Source: Thermoanaerobaculaceae bacterium
Lineage (GTDB): Bacteria > Acidobacteriota > Thermoanaerobaculia > Multivoradales > UBA5704
Direction of reading: 5' to 3'
Assembly: GCA_963785165.1 (NCBI GenBank)
Contig: CAWAUI010000004.1
Location: 3,712,074 to 3,776,073 of the forward strand
DNA length: 64,000 nt
Both the position numbers and the translations under genes were made by a program. This document shows positions 8,944 to 18,657 of this stretch, piece after piece; within the stretch, counting starts at the first letter, position 1, and the number at the start of each line of letters is the position of its first letter. The notes under the pieces were generated by a model that made no database searches, was not told where the DNA came from, and was given only the letters and a program-made list of their open reading frames with translations.

Positions 8944-10320
8944 GTGAAGACCCGCATGTTCTGGAGTCTTGCCTTCCTTCTCCTGGCCTCGCCCCCGGCG
9001 TGGAGCCTGGAGGAGCCGGCGCGTTTTCTGATCGAGAGGATCACGGTCGAGGGGCCCGGCGAGGCCGCGGCCAACATCGTGCGGGCGGAGACCCTGCTGC
9101 GCGCGGGCGGCACCTACACGGAGGAGGAGCTCCGGCAGGCGATCTACCGCGTGCACCGGCTGCCGTTCGTGCTCGACGCCAGCTTCTCCCTGAAGAAAGG
9201 GAGCCGGCGGGGCGCCTACGAGCTGGCCGTCGACGTCGAGTCCAACCGCTGGTTCTTCTTCGACCACTACGTCCGCGCCTTCGGGTTCGACCAGCCGCTG
9301 GATCTGGAGGATGAAACCGTGCGGGGGGACCGCTCCAGCCTGACGCTGGGCGGCCTCGTGGGAGCCCGGCGTTTCGTGGGGCGCTCGGGCGTGGTGTTCG
9401 CGGCCCTGGACAGCCACGAGGGAGTCCAGGCGGGGTTCGCGCAGTACGACCTGTTCCACCGGGGGATCCTCGCCACGGCCGGCGTCTCCCTGAGCGAGTG
9501 CTGCGTCACCGAGGTGCTCCCCCTGGCGCTCGATCCCACCTTCTCTTCCTGGTCCTTCGGCACGTCGCTCAAGACCTCGCTGGGCCTCTCCATCCCCCTG
9601 GGCGGCCCGCGGTCGGTGCAGATCAGCCTGAGCGAGCGCCAGGGCGACGAGGGGACACGAAACGAGGTCTTCCTGGTCCCGGGCCAGCGGTTCAGCCACG
9701 TCACGGGCGAAGGGAGCGAGCTGACCTACCGCCGCGCCGAGGCCAAGTGGGTGTGGGACTCGACGGACGACCCCGCCCTGCCCACCCGGGGCACCAGCGT
9801 CTCGGCCGGGATGGAGGCCTCCCGCTTCGCCGCACGGGACCTGACGCTGTTCCAGTTCGGCCAGGCGCCCGGCGAGGTCACCACCACCTCCTACCCCTCG
9901 CTCCACTCCGAGCAGGTGGTGGCCGCGGTGGCCGCCCTCCGGTACTGGCCGGTGACGCCCCGCCAGACGGTATCCGTGCAGGCCCGGGTGGCGGCAGGGC
10001 AGTCCCGGCTGGACAATCTGGCCACGGGCGACATCGTCCTGCGCCACGTGGACGCGGACTATTACAGCGGCCTGGTGGGTCTCGCCCACGCCTTCACCCT
10101 ACGCCGCGCCCGGCAATCGGGCGAATCGGGCGAATCGGGCGTGCTCACGGACGTGCGCATCGAAAGCGGCGTCGAAATCGGCGCCGAGAAGACCTCTCCC
10201 GACCTCGGCCCCAGCCCCCTGGAGCGCCTCTCGGTCCACACCGGCCTGGTGTTCCGCAATCCCTGGGGACGGGTCGAGATCGTCTTCACCTACCTGGACC
10301 TGGGGGAAATCCGGCGATGA
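8944..10320 (+). CDS. outer-membrane Omp85-superfamily protein (POTRA domain plus beta-barrel)
   Basis: ORF is open from 8686, but the signal peptide (MFWSLAFLLLASPPAWS) starts only at GTG 8944 / ATG 8956. POTRA-like FLIERITVEGPGEAAANIV...EELRQAIYRVHRLPFV. DDPALPTRG motif and barrel-like alternating strands. Confidence 0.7.
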   Translation: MKTRMFWSLAFLLLASPPAWSLEEPARFLIERITVEGPGEAAANIVRAETLLRAGGTYTEEELRQAIYRVHRLPFVLDASFSLKKGSRRGAYELAVDVESNRWFFFDHYVRAFGFDQPLDLEDETVRGDRSSLTLGGLVGARRFVGRSGVVFAALDSHEGVQAGFAQYDLFHRGILATAGVSLSECCVTEVLPLALDPTFSSWSFGTSLKTSLGLSIPLGGPRSVQISLSERQGDEGTRNEVFLVPGQRFSHVTGEGSELTYRRAEAKWVWDSTDDPALPTRGTSVSAGMEASRFAARDLTLFQFGQAPGEVTTTSYPSLHSEQVVAAVAALRYWPVTPRQTVSVQARVAAGQSRLDNLATGDIVLRHVDADYYSGLVGLAHAFTLRRARQSGESGESGVLTDVRIESGVEIGAEKTSPDLGPSPLERLSVHTGLVFRNPWGRVEIVFTYLDLGEIRR

Positions 10321-10982
10321 GGCGTGCCTCGATGGGCTGGGCGCTCGTGCTGCTGTTCCTGGCCACCCGGCTGGGAGCGGTGCAGGCTCCTGCCATCGAG
10401 ACGGCCCGCGAAGGGCTGGTCCTGTCGCGCCTGCCGGCGATTTTCAACGACGCGAGGATTCAGGAGCAGCTCAAAACCGGCCTCACCACCAGCTTCGTCT
10501 TCGAGGCCACGGCCCGCGACGCGAGGGGCACCAAGACCAAGGGCGGCGCCCGCATCGACGTGCGCTACGACCTTTGGGACGAGGTCTATGTCGTGACTCG
10601 CATCGACGTCTTCGGGCGCGCCGTACGGACTCCTCCGCTTTCCGCCGAGAAGCTCGGGGAGTGGTGGCGCGAGGCCCGGCTCGTGGTGATCCGCCCGGCC
10701 ACCGCGGGGCAGGCGGCCGGGGTCCAGGTGCGCCTGCGGGTCATCCCGTTCTCCCAGGCCGAGCAGCTCGATGCTCAGCGCTGGTTCTCCCGGTCGCTCT
10801 CGAACGAGAAGTCGGGAAGCGCCGGCGCCGTCGCCGACGCCGTGGAAGACCAGCCGGAATCGCTCAATCAGGTGCTCGGCCTGCTGATGGCGACCTCCAT
10901 CGGCCGGCCCGCCCTGCTCGAATACAAATGGAACCTCCCGGTCTCCGCGGGCAACGCGGGCAACGCAGGAAGGGTGAAATGA
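10317..10982 (+). CDS. secreted protein, tentatively DUF4390-like
   Basis: ATG 10317 overlaps the upstream stop (ATGA). Signal peptide MRRASMGWALVLLFLATRLGAVQA. About 220 aa, directly upstream of an HK/sigma54-activator pair, the usual DUF4390 context. Motifs IQEQLKTGLTTSFVFE and VRYDLWDEVYVV. Confidence 0.55.
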   Translation: MRRASMGWALVLLFLATRLGAVQAPAIETAREGLVLSRLPAIFNDARIQEQLKTGLTTSFVFEATARDARGTKTKGGARIDVRYDLWDEVYVVTRIDVFGRAVRTPPLSAEKLGEWWREARLVVIRPATAGQAAGVQVRLRVIPFSQAEQLDAQRWFSRSLSNEKSGSAGAVADAVEDQPESLNQVLGLLMATSIGRPALLEYKWNLPVSAGNAGNAGRVK

Positions 10983-12214
10983 GCTTCCGCTCCGCCGCCG
11001 TGACGCTCTGCGGCATGCTGCTCGCCGCCGGGGCGATCCTCTGGCTCTTCAACCGCCAGATCTCCGGCACCTGGCGGCTGGGCCTGCAACCGGAGATCAC
11101 CACGGCCCTGGAGCAGTCGCTCACGGACCAGAAGGCCCTGGCCAAGCTCGATCCCGGGCGCAAGGCCGAGTACCGCGCACGCTTCGAAGCCAACCAGAAA
11201 GTCCTCCAGCGGCTGTTGATCCTCCACAGCAACGAGAAAGACATCACCCGGCGCTGGGAGCTGATCCTGCTGGCCGCCGTCCTGGCCGTGCTCGGCGTGG
11301 CGGGCGGCGCCCAGATGATCCGCCAGGGGCGCCTCGACGCGCGCATCGAGCGCCTGCGGCTGGCCCTCGTGGCCCTCTCGGCCGGCGAGGAGGAGCTGGA
11401 GATCGGCGACCGTGGGCGGGACACGCTGGGCAGGATCGCCGGCATGATCGAGGAGACCTCCCGGGCCATGGCGCGGGACAGGAAGCGCCTCGCCTACCTC
11501 AAGAACCTCTCCGTCTGGCAGGAGACGGCCCGGCGGCACGCCCACGAGATGCGCACACCCCTGACCGCCGCCCGCCTGGAGCTTTCCCGCCTCCAGAGGC
11601 TCCTCGAAGGGGCGGAGCAGGACGACGCGCGCCAGGTGGCGGTCAGCGTGGGCGAGGAGCTGGAGCGGCTGGGCCGCTTCACCCAGCAGTTCACCTCCTT
11701 CGCCCGCCTCCCCCAGCCCCGTACGGCGGTGCACGACCTCGGCACCGTCGTGGAGGAGTTCGTGGGCACCTTCGCGAACGCCTGGCCGAATCTCACCCTG
11801 CGCTTCGAACCGGCAAGCAAGCCCTTGCCCGCGGCGCTCGACCGCGACATGCTCCGCCAGGTGTTGGTGAACCTCTGCGACAACAGCTCGCTCGCCCTCA
11901 AGAGCCAGGGGGAAGGGGCTCAGGGAGAAGGGGACAACCGAGGCACGGTGACCCTGCGGCCGGGCGAGGCGGGGCGGAGCGTTTTTCTCGACGTGGCGGA
12001 CGACGGCCCCGGGATCTCGCCCGAGATCCGCTCCCGGGTCTTCGAGCCCTACGTCACCACCCGGCAGGTGGGCGAGGGGATGGGCCTGGGGCTCGCCATC
12101 TGCAAGAAGATCCTCCTCGATCACGGCGGTGACCTGGAAGTCGCGGGCAGCTCCGGAGCGGGCACGACCTTCCGGCTCACCTTTCCCCGGCGCGTGGAGG
12201 ACGTTGCGGCATGA
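10979..12214 (+). CDS. membrane sensor histidine kinase
   Basis: ATG 10979 overlaps the upstream stop (ATGA). Two TM helices. H-box [14 protein letters not shown]. ATPase boxes [24 protein letters not shown]. Confidence 0.85.
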   Translation: MSFRSAAVTLCGMLLAAGAILWLFNRQISGTWRLGLQPEITTALEQSLTDQKALAKLDPGRKAEYRARFEANQKVLQRLLILHSNEKDITRRWELILLAAVLAVLGVAGGAQMIRQGRLDARIERLRLALVALSAGEEELEIGDRGRDTLGRIAGMIEETSRAMARDRKRLAYLKNLSVWQETARRHAHEMRTPLTAARLELSRLQRLLEGAEQDDARQVAVSVGEELERLGRFTQQFTSFARLPQPRTAVHDLGTVVEEFVGTFANAWPNLTLRFEPASKPLPAALDRDMLRQVLVNLCDNSSLALKSQGEGAQGEGDNRGTVTLRPGEAGRSVFLDVADDGPGISPEIRSRVFEPYVTTRQVGEGMGLGLAICKKILLDHGGDLEVAGSSGAGTTFRLTFPRRVEDVAA

Positions 12215-13636
12215 CCCGGCTCCTGATCGTGGAAGACGACGAAAAGATTCGCGGCAGCCTCCTCCTCCAGCTCCGCGAGGAGGGGTACGCGCCCCAGGCC
12301 CTGGCCTCGGCGGAAGAGGCCCTGGCCTTTCTCGAAGAGCCCCGCACGGCTCTCCCCGACCTGATCCTGCTCGACGTGCGCATGCGCGGCATGAGCGGCG
12401 TCGACCTCGTGCGCAAGCTCTCCGGCACGAACGGCGAGAGGCGCTTGCCGCCCATCATCATCATCTCGGGCGAGGCCTCGATCAGCGAGACGGTCGAGGC
12501 CCTGCGGCTGGGCGTTCACGACTTCATCGAGAAGCCGTTCAGCCGCGAGCGGCTCCTCCGGTCGATCCGCAACGCCCTGGAGCACCATGCCCTGAAGCGC
12601 GAGGTGGCCACCCTCAAGGCCGGCCTGCGGGGCGAGCCCGCCATTCTCGGCGCCTCGCCCGCCATCGAGGCCATGCGCAAGAGAATCGCCCGCGCCGCCG
12701 CCACCGACGCCCGCGTGCTCATCGTGGGCGAGAGCGGCACGGGCAAGGAGCTGGTGGCGAGCGCCCTCCACGAGCAGAGCGCCCGCGGCCAGAAGTCCTT
12801 CATCAAGATCAACTGCGCGGCCATTCCCCACCATCTCGTCGAGGACGAGCTGTTCGGCCACGCCAAGGGGCGCCTTCACGGACGCCAAGATGGCCAAGCC
12901 CGGCCTCTTCGAGGAGGCGGACGGCGGCACCCTGTTCCTGGACGAGATCGGGGACATGGACTTGACCATGCAGTCCCGCCTGCTGCGCGTGCTGGAAGAC
13001 GGCCGCGTGCGCCGCGTGGGCGAGACGCGCGACCGGCAGGTGGACGTGCGCGTGCTCGCCGCCACCCACCGCCACCTGGAGGAGGAGGTCAAGGCCGGGC
13101 GCTTCCGCGAGGATCTCTACTTCCGCCTCGCCCACCTGCCGCTCTCCGTGCCCTCCCTGCGCGAGCGGCGGGAGGACATCGCCCTCCTCTTCCGCCACTT
13201 CCTCGAGCACTTCGCACGGCAGCACCGCACGCGCCCCCGCCAGCCGGCCCCGGAGCTGATGCCCTATCTGGAGCGCTACGCCTGGCCGGGCAACGTCCGC
13301 GAGCTGCGGAACCTCTGCGAGCGCCTGGTCGTCTTCGGCGCCGATCCCCTGACGCCGGACGACCTCCCCTCGGCCTTCTTCGAGACGGAGAGCGTGGCCA
13401 CCCCCGAAACGGGCTTGCTGCTATCCCCCGCGACCCTGCCGATCGTCCCCCTCAAGGACTTCAAGGCCCAATGCGAGCGCGAGTACATCGAAAGCGTCCT
13501 CCGCCGCACCCGCTGGAACTTCACCGCCGCCGCCAAGGTGCTGGACGTGCAGCGGACGTACCTGCATCAGAAGGTGAAGGTGCTGGGGATCCGGCGGCCC
13601 GGGGCGGAGGGGGAGGACGAGGGGGAGGTGAGCTAG
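12211..13636 (+). pseudogene. sigma54-dependent response regulator (NtrC family bEBP), one frameshift in this sequence
   Basis: REC domain plus AAA+ (GESGTGKE ... ELFGHAKG) in the frame of 12211. It continues in ORF 12890..13636 ([34 protein letters not shown] tail). One extra base near 12868-12872 falls inside the GAFTGA-type loop (GAFTDA after repair). Confidence 0.85.
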
Positions 13637-13652
13637 CTTTGCTTGCCGGAAA

Positions 13653-13750
13653 AAGGACATCCAGGACGAAAAGGACGTCAGGGACACAAGAAAAACCGGG
13701 GGACCACAGCTCTGCCGTCCTTGAACGTCCTTGGGGTCCTTGATGTCCTT
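13653..13750. repeat. inverted pair of phased AAGGAC/GTCCTT x4 arrays between convergent genes
   Basis: Left arm aaggacatccaggacgaaaaggacgtcagggac (13653-13685). Right arm gtccttgaacgtccttggggtccttgatgtcctt (13717-13750). The arms are near reverse complements; hexamers recur every 9-10 nt. Confidence 0.8.
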
Positions 13751-13760
13751 GCGTTCTGAC

Positions 13761-15806
13761 TCACTGCTTCTGTGAAACCCGCGCGGCCCGGATTTCCTGC
13801 GCCGCCCGGGCCAGGGCCGCCTTCAGCTTGTCGATGTCCACCGGCTTGACCAGGTGCTCCAGGAAGCCGCACTCGCTGCTGCGGCGAAGGTCTTCTTCCA
13901 TGCCGAAACCGCTGACGGCGATCCCCTTGAGGCCGTAGCGGTCCCGCAGCTCGCTCATCAGCTCGAAGCCGGTGCCGTCCGGCAGGCCCAGGTCGCTCAC
14001 CACGAGGTCGAATTCATGGCTCTCGGCGAGCCGGCGGGCGGTGCGCACGTCGGGCGCAGGCTTGACGTCGTGGCCGGCCAGCTCCAGGAGCGTGGTCATG
14101 ACGTCGAGCGTGGGCTCGTTGTCTTCCACCAGGAGAAGGCGGAGGGACAGCGGCGGCGCCTCGGCGGGTCCGGGCGCGGCCTCGGCCGGAATGGTCGCCC
14201 GGGGCGGCGCCACCGTCGCGAGGGTGACGGTGAACGTGGCTCCCTGGCCCCGGCCGGGGCTCAGGCCCGACAGCTCGCCCCCGTGCTGGTCGACCAGGGC
14301 CTTGCAGATGGCGAGGCCCAGCCCGAGACCGCCGAAGGTGCGGGGGATCGCGGCGTTCCCCTGCTCGAAGGCGTCGAACAGGCGCGGCAGCTCGCCGGGG
14401 TCGATACCGATGCCCGGATCGATGACCGAGACTTCGACCCGGCCCGGCTCGGGGTTGCGGGTGCGGACCGTGATCCGCCCCCCTTCGGGCGTGAACTTGA
14501 CGGCGTTCTTGACCAGGTTCCAGTAGACCTGCTGGAGCCGTGCCGAGTCGGCCCAGACGTGGTGACCGGTGGCGCCGGGCTCGAGGTGGATGCGCAGGCG
14601 GGCGTTCTCCACCCCTTCCGAGCAGATGGCCACGACGTGCTCGAGCAGGGAGTGCACGTCCGTGACCTCGCAGTGGAGGGCGAGCTTGCCGCGCGAGACG
14701 CGGGTCAGGTCGAGCAGGTCGTCGATCAGCTTCGCCTCCAGCTCGACGTTCCGGCGGATCATCTGCAGGTCGGCGCGGAGCGACTCCGGCAGGTCGGGCG
14801 ACTGGGCGAGCGCGGACACCTTCATGAGAACCGGGGTGAGCGGCGTGCGCAGCTCGTGGCTCAAGGCGGCCAGGAAGTGGTCCTTGGCCTTGCTCGCGGC
14901 CTCGGCCCGGCCATACAGGCGGGCGTTGTCGATGGCGAGCGAAGCACGCGAGGCCAGCCCCTCGGCCAGCTCCAGATCCTGGGGTCCGAAGACTCGCCCG
15001 GAGCCGGAGGTGGCGAGTTGCATGACGCCCAGAATGTCTCCCCGCGCGGCCAAGGGGACGAAGAGGGACGAGCAGCCCGGCGGCTCGCACCCCTCCTCCG
15101 GCACGAGCTCGCTCTGGCCGGTCTGAACGACTCGCCATAGACAACTTTCGGGGGAGTCCTGAAGACCCTGGCCCAGCCGCCGGAGGGCGTCTTCCTGGGC
15201 AGGATCGGCGTGGCGGAGCGCCACCAGCCGCAGCTTCGGCCCCTCCTGGAGCTCGAAGATCAGCCCGTAGTCCGCCAGCCGGGGCACCGTGAGGTGCACG
15301 AGGCTCTGGAGGGTTTCCTCGTGGTCGAGGGACTCGGAGAGCACGCTCCCCGCCTCGGCGAGCAGCGCGGCGCGGATCTCCGCCCGCTTGCGGTCCGTCA
15401 AGTCCAGCACGAAGCCAACCGCCTCCTGGCTGTCGGGCTGCAAGGCGGCGCCGGTCAGGATGGGCACCCGGCTGCCGTCGCCGCGCCGGTATTCCTTTTC
15501 ATAGGGAAGGCAGGTGCCGGAGGTCATCAGCTCGACCATGGCCCGCGCATCCGCTTCCTCCCACCCGGGAGCCGTGAGGTCGATCCAGCTCAGCTCCCCG
15601 CGTTCCAGCTCCTCGCGGCTGCGGCCCACCGCCGAGAGAAAGGCGTCGTTGGCGGCCAGGATCCGGGTGTCCGGCCCGGCATGGAAGATGCCGAGGACGT
15701 TCGATTCGAACAGGCGCTCCGCCGGCGGAAGCGACCGCTCGGCGTAGAGGCGGAAAGCCGGATCGCTTTCCTGCCGGAGCATCCGTGGGCGCGGGAACGT
15801 TGACAA
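13761..15806 (-). CDS. hybrid sensor histidine kinase (PAS-GAF-HisKA-HATPase-REC)
   Basis: 681-aa ORF. H-box SHELRTPLTP, G-box [15 protein letters not shown]-terminal receiver LLLVEDNEPTLDV...SDLGLPDGTG. PAS-like N-terminus and a GAF-like middle region. Confidence 0.85.
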   Translation of the reverse strand: MSTFPRPRMLRQESDPAFRLYAERSLPPAERLFESNVLGIFHAGPDTRILAANDAFLSAVGRSREELERGELSWIDLTAPGWEEADARAMVELMTSGTCLPYEKEYRRGDGSRVPILTGAALQPDSQEAVGFVLDLTDRKRAEIRAALLAEAGSVLSESLDHEETLQSLVHLTVPRLADYGLIFELQEGPKLRLVALRHADPAQEDALRRLGQGLQDSPESCLWRVVQTGQSELVPEEGCEPPGCSSLFVPLAARGDILGVMQLATSGSGRVFGPQDLELAEGLASRASLAIDNARLYGRAEAASKAKDHFLAALSHELRTPLTPVLMKVSALAQSPDLPESLRADLQMIRRNVELEAKLIDDLLDLTRVSRGKLALHCEVTDVHSLLEHVVAICSEGVENARLRIHLEPGATGHHVWADSARLQQVYWNLVKNAVKFTPEGGRITVRTRNPEPGRVEVSVIDPGIGIDPGELPRLFDAFEQGNAAIPRTFGGLGLGLAICKALVDQHGGELSGLSPGRGQGATFTVTLATVAPPRATIPAEAAPGPAEAPPLSLRLLLVEDNEPTLDVMTTLLELAGHDVKPAPDVRTARRLAESHEFDLVVSDLGLPDGTGFELMSELRDRYGLKGIAVSGFGMEEDLRRSSECGFLEHLVKPVDIDKLKAALARAAQEIRAARVSQKQ

Positions 15807-15882
15807 CGGCGCGGACCCTCTCCAGGACGGGACGATTGGGTCTCAATAGATTGAGTCTCAATATAGCAGACGCGAAGTGAAT

Positions 15883-18379
15883 TCAATCCCGTGCCAGCAC
15901 CTCGCCGTGAGCGTTCAAGAAGACCCGGCGGGCCTTCTTGGGGAGCTTCAGCTTGACGTCCACCGGCACGCTCGTCTCCCCCGCCAGGGGGAGCATCCCT
16001 ACCCGCACCGATTCGTTCTTGCCGAATTCGACGTAGATGGGGACCAGGGCCCGGAAGTCCTTGGAGACCCCTTCCTGGCGGATGGTGCCGTGGATGCGGG
16101 TCTCCTCGCCGGCCGCCTCGGCCTTCAAGTCCGCGGTGTAGCGGGGCACCTCCGTGCCATGGACCCACTGGTTGAAGAACCAGTCCATCTTGCCGTCGCC
16201 CGTGGCGTTCATGGCCGGCACCATGTGGCGCTCGACGACCTTCTGGAAGTCGGCCGTGGAGGCGAACTTGCCGCCGTAGGTGGCGGTGTAGTCCTTCATC
16301 ATCTCGATGAACCGGGCGTCCGGGTCCTTCGAGCTTCCAGTCGTACAGCAGCATGCGCAGCATGTGGAGCACGTAGCCCCCCTTGGGGTAGACCAACAGG
16401 CGGTAGGCGGCGGGAGTCCGCGCCGTGGCAAGGCGCCAGCCCTGGGTGATCGGTCCGGCTTCGTACGCGGGCATGGCGTTGCCGGGGAACTTGTCGAGGA
16501 TCTCCTTGCGCCGTTCCTTCCAGAACCGGTCGTATTCGTTCCATCCCCGGAGGCGATGGACGACGAGCGCGGACGAAAGCTCCGAGAAACCCTCCTCCAG
16601 CCACTGGTCGCGGTACGTCTCCGCGCCGACGAGGTGCCCCCACCACTGGTGCGCGAACTCGTGATAGCCCACCTGGTCGACGAAGTCCTTGGCCTGCGCC
16701 ATGCCGAGCCGCTGCCGTTGCGTGCCGTCCAGGAAGGAGATGTAGGGCATGAAGATCAGCGACGGCCAGGACTGGCCGAAGCTGGGGTCCGACTGCTGGG
16801 TGATGGCGACGTGGGCCTGGGGCAGCGGCCCGAAGTAAGCCGTGAAGAGCCGGGCCGAGTTGAGCCCGTCGGCCAGGGAGGATTCCGCCAGTTTCTCCGT
16901 ATTGATCGTGCCCAGGCTGGCTCCCGGAGCGCCGCCGATGGCGTAGTACTCCCCCTCCGGCAGATCCTCATAGCCGCCGAAGCTGCTGAGGAAGTTGTTG
17001 ATCTGGCGGATGACGTCCGGCGTGCCAGGGTTGGTGTAGACCTGGACGTCGATCTTGCTCAGCTCGTCCTGCTTCTCGGTCTTCTTGAACTTGCCGTAGT
17101 TGAAGCCGGCGACCTGGACGGGCTGCTCGGTCTTCCACCGCGACACGCTCTGCTTGCCCTCGGTCTTCTCCTCCAGGCGCGTGCCCACCGAGATGATCTC
17201 GTTGCCCGCCGGCATACGGTACGTCAGGTCGAACTGGGCGCGGTCGGAAAAGCTCCCAAGGTTGGGATACCAGCTATCCCGCGCCCGCACATAATAGTTC
17301 TTGTCGCCGCCGTCGCGCAGCACCTTGTCGCCCTTGTAGGAGAGGCGCAGCAGCACCGTGGCGTTCTTGGCCAGCGGCTCGGGGAAGACCACCGCGGCGT
17401 CGGCGTCTTCCTTCTCCTCTTCCTGGATGAAGGCGACGGGCTTCCAGGCGGGCTCCGCTCCAGCCGTTTCCAGGGCGAAGGAGCCCTCCTGGATGCGGAG
17501 CGGCGCGGCCAGGAAGACCGGCACGACCCTCAGATTGGGCACCAGCGCCTTGAACCGCACCGTGGTCGTGCCGGCCAAGTCCTCATCTTTCTCGACCACC
17601 GTATCGACCGTGTAGTCGAGGGCATCCGTGAGCCGCTTCTCGGGGCTCTTGCGCTTGCGGTCCACCTCCGCCTTGCGGTCACAGTGGTACCAGATCCCGC
17701 CACGGTTGGCATCGGCCACGAAGAAGACCGTGTCCTCGCCGCCGAGCCGGCCACCGATCCCCAAGGCCTCGGCGCCGTCGGGGTCCACGGCCGCCAGGGC
17801 AGGAGGGTACTTCTTGCCATCCACCAGGGCCAGGAACACGCCGCTCATCAGCCCGGGGTTGTTCAGCACGTCGCGCAGCACGCGGATCTGGAAGTTGGTC
17901 TTGAAATCATGCCGCTGCCGCTTGAGGTAGCGCTCGTAGACCGCCGTGGCATGGGCGTCCGGCGGCCCCTTGCGGGCCGGCGCATGGAGCTCGATCTCCT
18001 GGGCCGTGTCGTCGGCGAAGAGGAAGACCAGGTCGTCGAAGTCATCCGTGAGCGTTTCAAAGCCGTTCCTGTCCGCTCCGGACGAGAGGGCCAGTTGGCG
18101 CCGCTCGTTCTCCGTAGCCGGGCTCAGCCGGTAGCTGCCGTGGCCTACGAACACCGCGCCCACCGTCCGCCCCTCGGCCGGGGCCAGGAAGTGAAAAGCC
18201 CCCGAGTCGAGCTGGAACCGGAACGAGTCCCGCTCCAGCACCAGCCCGCTGACCGGCACCGTCCGGCCATCCGGCCGGGCACCCCGGAGGGCGGTGTAGG
18301 AAGGGTCCGCGACGGCAGATCCCGCACCGGAGAAGCCAAACGCGATCAGCAGGAACGCGAGCAGAACAAAACGGCCCAT
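15883..18379 (-). pseudogene. secreted M1-family (gluzincin) aminopeptidase, one frameshift in this sequence
   Basis: ATG 18379 with AAGGAG 6 nt upstream, signal peptide MGRFVLLAFLLIAFGFSGAGSAVA. HEFAHQWWGH...WLEEGFSE motif. Frame breaks near 16331-16337 (MLLYDWK / SKDPDARFIEMMKDY); the C-terminal 180 aa lie in ORF 15883..16431. Confidence 0.85.
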
Positions 18380-18562
18380 GGTGATCTCCTTCAAGCGGGG
18401 ATGTCGGAGTGTATTTCCGAAGTTTCTTATCTCTGCCGACTTATGTCAATTCGGGCAGGAACCTTTCAGGAGGCTTGGCCCCCCGGCTGGCGAACCCCGG
18501 CCGGAGAACAAGATGCGGCACAGGCCGCCATGATCAGGCAGACGAGGCAGGGAAAATTGAGT

Positions 18563-18610
18563 CCCCTTCAGGGGGCTTCTTCAACTTAGCCCGAGCATTT
18601 ATGCCCGGGC
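18563..18610 (-). repeat. two-hairpin REP-like / terminator module (copy 1)
   Basis: cccc-ttca-gggg (18563-18574) plus gcccgagcat-tt-atgcccgggc (18589-18610), downstream of the S9 peptidase stop. A U-rich run follows on the minus strand. Homologous to 49988-50037. Confidence 0.6.
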
Positions 18611-18657
18611 GGGGGCGCGGCCAGGGTCAACAGATCAACAGATTTGACAAAGTAGAG

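Noticed and set aside
12211-13743. The 510-aa ORF 12211..13743 as an intact response regulator.
   Set aside because: After ELFGHAKG its translation becomes Arg/Pro/Gly junk. The true AAA+ continuation ([21 protein letters not shown]...) is in the +1 frame.
15590-15882. Apparent overlap of the 934-aa M1 ORF with the start of the hybrid kinase gene.
   Set aside because: This is an artefact of the frameshift near 16335. The real C-terminus is in ORF 15883..16431.
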